From Podarcis liolepis (Eukaryota), in assembly GCA_965112155.1 (NCBI GenBank), contig OZ218108.1: a stretch of DNA of 64,000 nucleotides. One strand, 5' to 3'. A program made the position numbers and the translations under genes. Of this stretch, positions 52,024 through 64,000 are shown in pieces; within the stretch, counting starts at the first letter, position 1, and the number at the start of each line of letters is the position of its first letter. Under the pieces are notes generated by a model, which saw only the letters and a program-made list of their open reading frames with translations, had not been told where the DNA came from and did not search any database.

Positions 52024-52996
52024 CAAGGTACAAGATTTGGTTAAGCATGGAGATTTGGCTTAAGACGATTCATTTGTCCACATGCTAGTGTAAGACAAAT
52101 CAGGGAGCCACACTGCTTAGGTCCAGAACTAAAAAGTACAGCCGACTGAATTCAAAGCAGGAGGAAAACAAACACAACTGCCTGCAGAAAATCTCACACT
52201 TCTATAGCAGTTTGGTTCTACAGCTGTTCTCATGCTGCTGCTTCCACAGCACATTGTGCAAGAAGCAGAGCATATCCAAATTTACTTGCACTTTCCTCGT
52301 GAAATGACACAAAACACCCCTTCTTCTGTGGCTTCTAACTGTGGAAGGGCACTGCTGCATCCAACTCAAAATTTGGATTCAGAGTTGTGGTTCAGTTTCA
52401 TTTTTATGTGAGGCACGGAATAGTTCTGATATTTACTAAATCCTACTTTCCCCCTTGAAAATCCAACACAGGGATTATCTACATAGGCACACATAAGCTC
52501 ACAGGTATTCCCTGGTTCCCACAGGGTAAACCCCCACTACACACACTGAAGTTTGACTTGACAGAAGTATTATGTTGCACCCAATAGAACAAGCTGCAAC
52601 GTCTGCTTGGTTGTGTGTGTGGAGGGGCAACAGTTTCTCCAGTTTGCAGATGGGCCCAAAATGGTTGGCAGCCCCTGATCTAATGGAACATATAAAATAC
52701 GGCGACAGGAGTTAGCCACTTGCACAGAATTCAAGACACAACAAAGGACGACAGAACTAGTTTAACTGAGAGAATATATCTGTCTGATATACATGAACAT
52801 GAACCCATAATCCTAGTTGTGATCTGGAATTGCCATTCAAACAGAGTTGTGGAGAATAGCTTTGGCTATTCTTCTACAGTTCTTCATGTCAAATTGTTGT
52901 GAGCAGGGATTTTCAACCTGATGGATATGAAAGAAAAGAAAGAGGCTTCTTTGTGTTTATGAAGAGTTTGTTTGTCTCAGATTAGTTCTGTCCTAT

Positions 52997-52997
<1 letters not shown>

Positions 52998-53046
<49 letters not shown>

Positions 53047-53437
53047 TTATTTATACCCCGCCCATCTGGCTGGGCTTCCCCAGCCACTCTGGGCGGCTTC
53101 CAAAAGAATATTAAAATACTATAATACATCAAACATTAAAAGCTTCCCTAAACAGGGCTGCCTTCAGATGTCTTCTAAAAGCCTGGTAGTTGTTGTTCTC
53201 TTTGACATCTGGTGGGAGGGTGTTCCACAGGGAAGGCACCACTACCGAGAAGGCCCTCTGCCTGGTTCCCTGTAATTTGGCTTCTCGCAGTGAGGGAACC
53301 GCCAGAAGGCCCTCGGTGCTGGACCTCAGTATCCGGGTAGAACGATGGGGGTGGAGACGCTCCTTCAGATATACTGGACCAAGGCCGTTTAGGGCTTTAA
53401 AGGTCAGCACCAACACTTTGAATTGTGCTCGGAAACG
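52998..53437 (-). mobile_element. L2-clade LINE 3' fragment with intact ORF2 C-terminus and (TAA)n tail
   Basis: ORF 53129-53452: FKVLVLTFKALNGLGPVYL...RAFSVVVPSLWNTLP...FRRHLKAALF. Confidence 0.9.
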
Positions 53438-53667
53438 AATGTTATAAATCAAGCACTGCTAGGAGTTGTTTCTTTTTGTTTTGCAATGTATTTCTTATCA
53501 ATAAAAACTTTGGTGTGGCGTGAGCACATTTTTATCCTGAAGGTGTGGCCCAGAGAAGAGTTTGAGAACCAGTGCCATAATACAAGTGACAGATCTGATT
53601 CTTTGGCTTGGCTTGCATGTCTCATTTATGTATAGCTCTTTGCTACTGTATATTGCTCATTTACATA

Positions 53668-53893
53668 CAGTGGTACCTCAGGTTACATACGCTTCAGGTT
53701 ACAGACTCCGCTAACCCAGAAATAGTACCTCGGGTTAAGAACATTGCTTCAGGATGAGAAGAGAAATCGTGCTCCGGCGGCGCGGCAGCAGCGGGAGGCC
53801 CCATTAGCTAAAGTGGTGCTTCAGGTTAAGAACAGTTTCAGGTTAAGAACTGACCTCCGGAACGAATTAAGCATGTAACCAGAGGTACCACTG
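53668..53893. mobile_element. Tigger/pogo-like MITE
   Basis: TA TSD. TIR cagtggtacctc/gaggtaccactg. Confidence 0.9.
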
Positions 53894-54992
53894 TATATAA
53901 AATCAGTGAATGCATTTCAATGTATGCAACTTGAGAATGAGTAACATGAAATATCATTTTCCATATCCTGAGTGAAAAAAGCATTTGGGTTTTCAATAAC
54001 TCTGCCCAGCAAACTCCTTAAAGACTGCAACAATTTGGACAAATTTTAATTCTTAGATATTCTTTTAATGCATTTTTTATTACAGGCCAACACAGCTAGT
54101 TTTCCTTTTTGAATGACTTGGAGAGTATTGAATTCAGCCATTCAAAAACAGTATCCTAAACTGGAGGAAGTGGATTTTATAGCATAGGGAGACGGGGCTT
54201 TATTTTCTGAAGGTAATTCCCTTCCAGCCACTAGGAAAAGCTACTTAATTTGACTTCAGTTTACTCTTTTTTAACCTAGTACACTACCTAAAATTAATCT
54301 CCAGCTGTGAAAATATAAAAATTACCATATTTCCCTATGTGTGTTTTGCTTAAAGCTACAGAACTGCTGGATTTTATATCTGTTAAAAAATTGGGAATTG
54401 GCCAATGTCTATTTGTCTATTTCTTCCTCTTAGGATCTCTAGGTGCAATCTAAAAACAGCAAAGCACCTAGAAGAACCTTATATGATAAAACTGCTATCT
54501 TGTCCTACACTTCAGCTAAAGACCAATACCAATGTAAACTTTATGGTTTCAACGAAAAGGCAGCCTTCCTCCCCCCCAAAAATTCCTTAACACCTAAGCC
54601 TGATAAAGGGCTTTGAAGAACTCAAAAGTTTGATCACTAATTTGTGGCATTTTGCTGAGATAATAAAGGCATTTCCCTACTATGATTTGTTTTTCTTATG
54701 GCCCAACACAGCTGCCTTTGCTTCTCTTCTTCCTGATAGTTTTTTTTAATCCTCCAAAAGATATCTGTTTTTCAAATGTTTTGCTTTAACTGTAGTCCCC
54801 ACCCTCTTCCTTTATTTATATTATATTATTTATAGTTATCGATAATTTTAAAAACCTTAATAAATTAGCAATAAGGAGGAGATACATTTTTTTTTTTTGC
54901 AAACATCTGTTGCCTATCAGTAAGACACACACTTCCAGAGAGCAAAATGAGAGAGCAGTCAAGTTTGAAAGTCAACTGGCTACACGTTAGGT

Positions 54993-55311
54993 CAGGGGTA
55001 GGCAACCTAAGGCCCGTTGGCCAGATGTGGCCCAATCGCCTTCTCATTCCGGCCTGCGGATGGTCAGGGAATCAGCATTTTTCTTTACATGAGTAGAATG
55101 TGTCCTTTAAAAAAAAATGCATCTCTGGATTATTTGTGGGGCCTGTCTGGTATTTTTACATGAGTAGAATGTGTGCTTTTATTTAAAATGCATGTCTGGG
55201 TTATTTGTGGGGCATAGGAATTCATTCATTCCCCCACCATATAGTCTGGCCCACCACATGGTCTGAGGGACAGTGGACCGGCCCACGGCTGAAAAAGGTT
55301 GCTGACCCCTG
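54993..55311. mobile_element. Non-autonomous hAT transposon
   Basis: TIR caggggtaggcaacct/aggttgctgacccctg. Perfect 8-bp TSD cgttaggt. Internal ~75-bp duplication. Confidence 0.9.
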
Positions 55312-56705
55312 CGTTAGGTACTCTCCATTATGACTCTCAGGAAAACACCACTGAACTCTCCCGCTCCTTCTAGATATCTCAAGCAGTTTTGAGTTCAGCC
55401 AAATAAGAGGCGGATTGCTGTCTTTGCCCACAAAATACTCTTCTATACTTGCCTGTGCCTGGGAGAAGATAGCTGACCCATTTCTTGCTCATTTCCCTTG
55501 GGATCCAAAGAAGAAGAAAGTAGGTCCGCTTTACAGACAATGATGGGAAATTTAGTTCTCACCAGAAAATGCACAACAATCCGCCTTCTCCTCTGAATAA
55601 AATGAAAGGCCTGTAAGAATTTAAATAGACATTCCATTCATTCTGGGATCCCTAGGTGGAGAGCCAACCGAATGGGCCAGTTAAAAAAAGCGCTGCGGCT
55701 AAAAAATTTTTTAAAAAAAATCCAAAAGAAGCAATTATTGGAGGAATGAGAGCAAAATCCATTCCTGAGATAGGTTTTAAGACAAGTAAGTCCACCTGCA
55801 ACAAGAAGCTGCAGCCTGGAAGTAACAAACAGAAATGCATTCCATTAGGGGGAAATGTGTCACAAAAAATGTGTATATTAGACAGAACTGGATACAAAAA
55901 AAATTGGGCATTTTAGGTGCGGGAGCATGCAATATCTAAACGTGCTTGGGTCTTGCTGACTTGCTGTTCCAGGGGCAGAGGTGTCATAGTAACAAGGGTA
56001 CCACTACAGCAGATAGAAATCTGAAATCCGGTATACAACATGGGTATAATGCAGTGCAAACTACTTTTTAATTCTCTTGCTTAGGGAAGTCTGTGGCATG
56101 GCAATGACTAGCACAAGTAGTGCCTTAGTTTGCTCAGAGGTTGTTATGCTGCACAATCACCCATGAGCAGGGAAGGCATAGACAGGTCAGAAAGTTGGGG
56201 AATTCTCCACTCCCATGCTCAAAGCAGCCTCCGACTGAGAGTGAGAGAGACTTTCAACAGTGAATCACATCTGACTGGAATATTTCTATCTACGATCTTT
56301 TTAGACTTCTAAGGCAGTGGAAATGCTGCTATATTGTTTATGTTTCACTGGTATCTACTACTTTCCCTTTCCCTTTTCAATTATTCAAGTTTTTATTACA
56401 TCAGAAATTTTCAATTGGCCTTTTCTGAACCTTCCTAAAAGAAACGTATAATTCAATCCCTTATTAGCAAAGCTAATTATGTTGTTGATACCAAAATAAT
56501 TTACATAGCTCTAAGAATTGAACATCCCCTTCCCAGAAAAAATGGCAGCCATTAAGCATTTTTTCTCAGTCGTCAAAAAACCACAAAGGTATATAATAAG
56601 TTTTTAATTTCTCCACAATACAGAACTTGGTCGAAGTCACTGAAGCTTCAATGCTACGGTACCTGGGAGAAAGTCTCAGGGACACGGGATACCTTGGGTC
56701 CTACT

Positions 56706-57077
56706 TGTTAGGATATAGTTCCGTACCACCTTAAAAGGGAACAGGCTGTTGTGTGTCACATGCCTGTTTACTTCCAGCTTCTTGCTGGGAACCTCTGTTT
56801 GTATGTAGCTTGTTTTCTGGCTGTTTTTTCCTGGACATGGAGGAGAGCAGTCATGTTTTTCCTTTCTTCTGAACAACGTTGAATAAAGTTGTAAATATGC
56901 TCTCCTGTATGCATCTTTCATCATGGAGACTCTGCTGAAAGGGTGTGCACGGGTCTTGGAATGTCTCTGAGGCTCGTGTCGCTAATTGATTGATGCTGTT
57001 CCCCAAGAGACCTGTGATCGTCCGGAGATAACTGGGGGCCTGCCTGATGCCTCCGTCTCCCTGGCAGTATCCCAACA
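56706..57077 (+). mobile_element. Solo LTR (372 bp)
   Basis: TG...CA termini tgttaggata/tatcccaaca. 5-bp TSD ctact (56701-56705, 57078-57082). AATAAA at 56882. Confidence 0.8.
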
Positions 57078-57446
57078 CTACTCTCTGACACTGGAGACAG
57101 AGCTATGAAAGTGAAAGTGATGCCGGGTCCCCACTCTGAGCCCAAACAACATCAGAGCTCCGGTGTCAGCATGGGGCATGTGGAGAGGATGTTCAGGGAC
57201 AGCTCTGGGGCAATAGGGGGCATGTGGTGAAGGGCACTTATGCAGAGGCACCAGCTTCTCCGGAGGATTGGGGGCCCTAACGTGATGCCATGCAACGGCC
57301 TCTGAATATTGAGGGGGCCCATCCCCTTAAAAAATATATATATTGGGGACCGAAACTGCCTTGGTCCCTAGGAGTTGGTGTGCTTGCACTTATGGAAAGG
57401 AGGCAAATTCTCTGGGTTCCCCAGCATCCCCAAAGTAGGGAAAGAC

Positions 57447-57574
57447 CAGCGGTTCTCAACCTGTGGGTCCCCAGATGTTGTTGGACATCATCCCTGAGCT
57501 CTGGCCTTGCTAGTTAGGGATGATGGGAGTTGTAGTCCAACAACATCTGGGGACCCACAGGTTGAGAACCGCTG
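57447..57574. mobile_element. Palindromic hAT-type MITE (cagcggttctcaacc termini)
   Basis: Perfect ~35-bp inverted arms and the shared inner gatgatgggagttgtagtcc core. Confidence 0.85.
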
Positions 57575-58973
57575 ATTTAGACCATCTGTGTGTGGAAGAC
57601 TGCAAAACACTATCATTTGCAGGAAGTCATCACATCAGTTCATTATAAGGCATGTCGGTGTGTACTAAGGGTGGGTGAGTCTGTCAATTTCTGTTTCTTT
57701 CCATCGCTCATTTTTTCCAGTCTTGAGTTCAGTTTTCCACATCAGTTTGCAATTTATTGATTTTTTAAAAAGGCCTCATGAAAATTCACCAGCATTTTCA
57801 TGTGACTGTCTCCTAACAGGCATGTTTGTGTATGCAATTTTGCTTTATACACACATTTTGCAAAGCAAACTCTCCCTAATGTAGTGCATTTGATAGGCTT
57901 TCTCCCCCCCTCACAGCAATATTTGCATTTTCATGTACACTTTGAACCAAAATATTTATTTTGGGAGACATTTCTCACCTTCAGAATTGCACTGCGAAAT
58001 TCCGAAAAGTGTGAATTTTCATAAGCTGTGTTTTGGTTTGCAGATTGTTTTGGAAAGTGAAAATTGGGTATGTTTTAAATGTCAAGTGAATCAAACTGCT
58101 CCCCCATCCCTGGTATGTAGTAAGGGCATGTACAAGATTCAGCCTGGATACAATTTTGGCATACTTTTCAGCCACTTTCATTACTGCATCAAAAACCAAT
58201 CAGGCACAATCTTGCATCTGCTGTTTGTGTGGCATCTATGTGACTGTCTCATTATATGTCAAATGGGCAGGATTCAACCAGTGAGTTCTGCCAGTGAAAG
58301 CCGCACAAGGACATCCACTTGCGGGTGATGAAAGAACTCTAGGAACATTGTGCGGGGAGAGAACAGGGATTGTTCTGCCCGGCAAGCCAAAATTCTTGCC
58401 CTGACGTAACAATTGCCTCTGGGTGACGCTTAATTTCTCCCAGTGTTCTCCTGTGGCTACAATGGATGGGGTTGTCAAGAGAAGAGACCCTCACTTTAAG
58501 CTACAGTAAGATAAAATATTCAGATATTAAGGGAACTGTGACCTGCCAGTGACAATTTGTCTTATGCTATCTATATTCAATTCTTCAGTGAACATCAGTA
58601 TGTTTAATCTACTTCTCTGGAATGCTACAAGCAAGAGAAAATCAAGTCTGCCATCCATTGTTGTATTCGATATCTCATAATCAAAGATATATGATCCCTG
58701 AAGATGGAAGTTCTATTCCAAGTTATGACATTTAAGCTATTAATAGGCCAATTCTCTATGAAACGGGGAACGTTCATTCGAAAGCCACTAATATTAGAGG
58801 CTATGACAATATCATGTTGATATAAACTTATTATGCACTGCACAAATCATTGCTTCCATTTGTTCATGTCACGGTATCTGAGCTGAACTACCCACATAGT
58901 GGTAACATTTATGGATGCCTTCTCCTCGGGAATTGGTAAATCTTGCTTCCTCTCCACATGCCGTTGTTCATTA

Positions 58974-59188
58974 CAGTGGTACCTCAGGCTACAGATGCTT
59001 CAGGTTACAGACTGCACTAACCCAGAAATAGTACCTCGGGTTAAAAACTTTGCTTCAGGATGAGAACAGAAATCGTGCGGTGGCGGCAAGAGGCCCCATT
59101 AGCTAAAGTGGTGCTTCAGGTTAAGAACAGTTTCAGGTTAAGAACGGACCTCCGGAACGAATTAACTTCTTAACCCGAGGTACCACTG
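58974..59188. mobile_element. Tigger/pogo-like MITE
   Basis: TA TSD. Same family as 53668-53893. Confidence 0.9.
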
Positions 59189-59631
59189 TACTGAACACAG
59201 CTCTTTTGTCCCCTTTAGTAAGTATCCCTTTGGGAGCAGCCAGCAGGGAGCGCTGTTTGCACACACCTCGCCTCCTGGCACCAGCATCTTAAGAGGGGGA
59301 GAAGCAAAGCGGCAGGGAGGTTGGTGCTGTGTGGATGCACCAAAAGCAGTGCTGGACTTCCTCCACCATAGTGCCTGCATGTGCCTGACTTTCTCACCAT
59401 CTGGCCCTCACCTTCCAGTTATGCCCCATTGTGGGCAGTATTGAGAAGTGTGTTGCATACTGTCAGCCCTCCCCGTAAGCTGACCCTGATCCTGTTTATT
59501 TTGCATTAATGGAAGATGGGCCCATGGTGTTGCACAATTGCTCTCTGTTTCATCGATGTCGTTGTGACTTAGTATATTGCACATTTCCAGGTAGAAGCTC
59601 CCCATACTCCTGGATGATGATGATAATGCTG

Positions 59632-59688
<57 letters not shown>

Positions 59689-59693
59689 TATTT

Positions 59694-60031
59694 AGTATAC
59701 CTGAAGGAGCATCTCCACCCCCATCATTCTGCCCAGATGCTGAGGTCAGTGCTGAGGGCCTTCTGGCAGTTCCCTCACTGCAAGAAGCAAAGCTACAGGG
59801 AACCAGGCAGAGGGCCTTCTCGGTAGTGGCACCCGCCCTGTGGAACGCCCTCCCATCAGATGTCAAGGAAATAAACAACTCTCTGACTTTTAGATGACAT
59901 TGAAGGCAGCCCTGTTTAGGGAAGTTTTCAATGTGTGACATTTTGATGTATTTTTAATCTTTGTTGGAAGCCACCCAGAGTGGCTGGGGAAGCCCAGCCA
60001 GATGGGCGGGGGTACAAATAATAAATCATTA

Positions 60032-60080
<49 letters not shown>
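59694..60080 (+). mobile_element. L2-clade LINE 3' fragment with (TAT)n tail
   Basis: Matches the other L2 copies. Preceded by (TAA)n at 59631-59688. Confidence 0.85.
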
Positions 60081-60081
<1 letters not shown>

Positions 60082-60775
60082 GCTGCCCATCTGACCGGGT
60101 TGCCTCAGCTACTCTTGGTGGCTTTAATGCTCAAGTAGGACTGCTGAAAGTACTCTAAGGAAAGGTAACAGGCACCCTTTTCTTCAACAGGAAGTGAACC
60201 ATATAAAGAGCATAGCGCAAGATGATCCTTATGAGCTCCGCTGAATGCCCCCAGTCAGCATGGTTTGAAGTATCTCACATTCATGGATAATTCAGAATGC
60301 TGAAGCGATCCAATCCCCAACGTTAATGCCATCTCAGAATGCCCTTTGTCTTGAGCCTATCCAGGGAACCATCATCCCCCAGTGCAGAAAATACATGGCC
60401 GTATTATGTCACCCCAAATAATAACGGTGGCAAATATAAGGCTACAATATTTTCCATGGAACGTGTTTAGAAGCGGGGGCGAGCACTGACCACAAGATTT
60501 GGTTCAGCATTTTGGAAAACAGCCGGCATCAATCTGAAGGGCTATGTACATTGTTTGGTTTGCCTCAAGGTCCATCCAAATCGGTTTCGTTTTCCCCCTT
60601 CCCCCCATTTCATTACTGGAAAAACAAAACAACCCTTTATCCCTTCTGGCAGAAGTAGATGGTATTTGCAAGCATGCTAACCCCTACAGAGTGGATAAAG
60701 TCTGCCAAATGACAAATAGATGCAGGGAAGTTCTGCCAGGTACCTTAAAAAAAAAAGTTTTGATTTTAGCAGATA

Positions 60776-62027
60776 CCGTATTTTTCGCTCTATAACACGC
60801 ACCTGACCATAACACGCACATCGTTTTTAGAGGAGGAAAACAAGGGAAAAAATATTCTGAATGAAACAGTGGACGTATCATTTTTGTGCTTCATGCTGTG
60901 GCCACAGACATGTGATCTGATGGTGAATTTGGGGTGACCCAATGCAAAAATCCTGAGAATCCCTGTGGATCCATGCTTTGTAACCACGTTTTTGCACCAT
61001 TGCAGCCCCAGGCAACAGTGGGTGCGTGATTTGGGGGGGGGCAGGCTGTAGCCATGGACATGCTATGTGCTCTGATGGTGAATTTTGGCTGACCCAATGC
61101 AAAGATCCTGAGGATCCATGTGGACCCATACTTTTTAACCACGTTTTTGCACCATTGCAGCCCCAGGCAACAGTGGGTGCGTGATTTTTTTTGGGGGGGA
61201 CAGGCTGTAGCCATGGACATGCTATGTGCTCTGATGGTGAATTTTGGCTGACCCAATGCAAAGATCCTGAGGATCCATGTGGATCCATGCTTTGTAACCA
61301 CGTTTTTGCACCATTGCAGCCCCAGGCAACAATGGGTGTGTGATTTTGGGGGGGGGGGCAGGCTGTAGCCATGGACATGCTGTGTGCTCTGATGGTGAAT
61401 TTGGGGTGACCCAATGCAAAGATCCTGAGGATCCATGTGGATCCATGCTTTGTAACCACATTTTAAGTGGGGAGGGAAGGAAAAGCACAGAAGGCTAAGA
61501 ATGCAGGAGAGGGCTATAACGTGAGGAAAGGAAGGCAAAAGTTTCCCCCCACCCACCCACACAAGCCAGCCACTGTTTAAGGATTTCATCCTTTTAAATG
61601 GAAGAAAGCATATTTGAATGCTGTGTGTCTCCAAAAACAAAAAGCAGGAAGTCAAATCAGAATTTTAAGCCGAACCTGTAATCTCTCTTCCCTTCACAAA
61701 CATTGTTCCCTCCGGAGCAGGGACAGGATAGAGCGACGCTCTGCTTTCCTCTCTTCTTGCCTGGAGGGGAGGGGCTTTCCCTGCTCTTTGTTCCGTTTGA
61801 GCAAACACAGCAACGAAACAGAGCAGGGTGGGCAGTAAGACCCTGAGGCAGAATGCAGGAAAGCAACAGCTTCCTCTCTCACGGAGCTCCCTTCTCCCTG
61901 AAGCACGGTTTGATTTTTGCCTTATTTTTCGGCTCCAGGGACCACACATTCGCTGCATAACACGCACAGACATTTCCCCTTCCTTTTTAGGAGAAAAAAA
62001 CTGCGTGTTATAGAGTGAAAAATACGG
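60776..62027. mobile_element. Tc1-mariner-type non-autonomous element with an internal ~158-bp tandem array
   Basis: TA TSD. TIR ccgtatttttcgctctataacacgca / tgcgtgttatagagtgaaaaatacgg. Confidence 0.85.
60896..61460. repeat. ~158-bp tandem repeat, ~3.6 units
   Basis: Units start at ~60896, 61046, 61205 and 61363. Confidence 0.95.
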
Positions 62028-62504
62028 TACTTCTCTGCAACCTTCTTTTTTTTTGACATCTGGATTGCTAAGGCGCCCCAGGGACTCTGATTTGTGCTAC
62101 CTCATACAATTCCTACTTTGCTTTTGACAAGCCCAACATTCCTTTGAGGCACTCCATTTTGGCTCAGGATTCAAATCTCACGCACACCTCTCTATAATAC
62201 TAGCTAACTCATAAAGTACACTAGAGACACGATACAATTGAAGAGTACAATTCCTTACTCCTGAGCATTTTTAAGCTTCAGGGTTTCAGATGGATATATT
62301 TCAGTATGTGTGTACCTCTCCCACTGAAAATAAATGGGGCCTAAAGTGCTTATGTTTCCTTGGATCATGTGCAATATTACCATTATTACTACAGTATTTA
62401 CTCATATGCTCTAGTGTAATTGCTCCATAACTTCTCTTCACAGTATTCGGTCCTCAACAGCTGTGTTCTGCTACATCCTGTGTGTGAGCCTACACCATAG
62501 AGAT

Positions 62505-63172
62505 AGAGAAAGGAAGAGACATGGCAAAAATGTATAGGACAAGTACAAATATATGCTGGAAATGCAAAGAAAAAGAAGGTACCTTTTATCATATGTGGTG
62601 GACTTGTAAGGTAATAAAAGCTTTCTGGGAGATGATATATAATGAAATGAAAAAAATGTTTAAAATAACCTTTGTTAAAAAAAAAAACCCCTAAGTTTTC
62701 TTATTAGGAATTATAGGTACTGACATTCCAAAGGATCAGAAAAGACTTTTTATGTATGGAACAACAGCCGCCTGGATGTTTCTAGCCCAGAGATGGAAAG
62801 AAGACAAGGTCCCTACCAGAGAGGAATGGCAAACCAATCTGTTGGACTATGCTGAAATGGCAAAACTTGAAAACTCAGAAACCAAGAGGACAAAAACTTT
62901 ATTAAAAAAATGGGGAAAATTTACAAGTTATTTAGGAGACCACTGTAAGCGGACTGGCAGGATTTTGATTTCACTTGTAGTGTAACAAATACCATGGACA
63001 ATATGGATTGATATAAAAGTTAGTGTATTGAAGAATATGCAGTTGTAAATCTTCTAAATAGGACCCCATGGAAGGGGTGGAGGGAAGTCTTGAGATTCAA
63101 AGGAATCTCTGTAGATGGACATATATTTGGATTTTTATAACTTTGTACTTGTAAAACCAAATAAAAATGATT
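62505..63172 (+). mobile_element. L1-clade LINE 3' fragment (antisense in the KCNN2 intron)
   Basis: CWKCKEKEGTFYHMWWTC zinc-knuckle, then FMYGTTAA..LAQRWK..PTREEWQTNLLDYAEMAKL. 3' AATAAA. Confidence 0.85.
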
Positions 63173-64000
63173 TCCAGAAAGAGAGAGAGAGAAAGAGAGA
63201 GAAGGCTAGATATATTACATTCCCCACTCCACTGTATTTGGGCGTCTTTAATCTGGACAGTTTATGACTGATTCAGACATCTTGGTTTTGTGGATGTGGG
63301 AATTACTGCAGTGTCCTCGGGATTCTACAGTAGGGCTATCACATTATCTACCACATCAGATCCTTCAGAGTTTTTGTATATTGCTTTTTCGACCATTTAA
63401 GGAAATTGGCAACAGGCCAGAACAAACCCTCTTCAAACAGGGGCAAGAAGTCCTGTGAGGGATTCCCAGAGGCTCCATGTAGAGAGGTGGGTACAATTTG
63501 TCACATAGAGAAATATATGTGTAGTTAAACAGAAAGTAGCTGTAGCCACATACTGATTTGTATGAATCAGCTAACACTGACAGGCTTTCCATCCACCCAC
63601 CCATTTGGTGGCCAGTAGAAGACCAGCTTAACCAGTAGAAGAAAGTGGAGGGACACCTCAGATCAATCCAGTGCCCCTCACCCAGCCCAGCAGAAGGGGG
63701 TCTGGATTGCAGTCTAAGTCTTTCTCCATAAAGTAGGCCACTATATCAAATCACTATTTCAGCTGGCCTTTCCTTTCCTTTCTTCAGTTCCACTATATTC
63801 GTTGAGGAAATTAGGGCCCCCAAATGGAGAGGGCATTATTCAGAATTCCCTTTACACAATTTTCTGGGGTGCCCCTTCCCAGCAAAGTCATCCCTCGCCA
63901 TGGTCAGTCATATCCTAATGCTCCCTAGGCAAAACTACCATTACGTACTCCATGTGTGACAGCTCTTAAAAAGTGTTCAGAAACTCCAGCTACCACTGGA

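Noticed and set aside
54595-54680. Third Penelope/hammerhead-like remnant (ctgataaag...ctcaaaagttt...aataaagg)
   Set aside because: Core boxes too degenerate to support a call.
59408-60158. Poly-Leu/poly-Ile ORFs (also poly-Tyr/Thr at 12203-12484)
   Set aside because: Translations of trinucleotide microsatellites plus TE sequence.
60896-61460. CRISPR-like array
   Set aside because: Eukaryotic DNA; the units are contiguous ~158-bp repeats without unique spacers.
60878-61655. Longest ORFs (193 and 254 aa) as a novel repeat protein
   Set aside because: They arise from the tandem array inside a MITE, shift frame between units and show no domain similarity.

Overview
Eukaryotic genomic DNA from a squamate reptile, most likely a lacertid lizard (inferred from abundant Sauria/POM-type SINEs). 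The right part holds the 3' end of KCNN2 (SK2 small-conductance Ca2+-activated K+ channel) on the minus strand: four constitutive coding exons (49147-49257, 47767-47894, 40306-40375, 39018-39305), a 3' UTR ending near 38700, and a 9-nt microexon (43819-43827, missed by the ORF track) that inserts Ala-Arg-Lys into the calmodulin-binding domain. I did not find the pore-loop exon, so 49258-64000 is taken as intron. Positions 1-38000 are intergenic and rich in transposable elements (TEs): Sauria SINEs, L2, CR1 and L1 fragments, hAT and Tigger/pogo-type MITEs (many with target-site duplications, TSDs, some nested), Penelope-type termini with hammerhead-ribozyme motifs, an ORF-less A-B-A-B split-repeat element and several old local duplications. 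A solo LTR lies in the KCNN2 intron. Nearly all ORF-track entries are spurious or TE-derived. There is a 200-N assembly gap at 2805-3004. TE family names come from recognition, not database searches, and TE boundaries are approximate unless a TSD is quoted.
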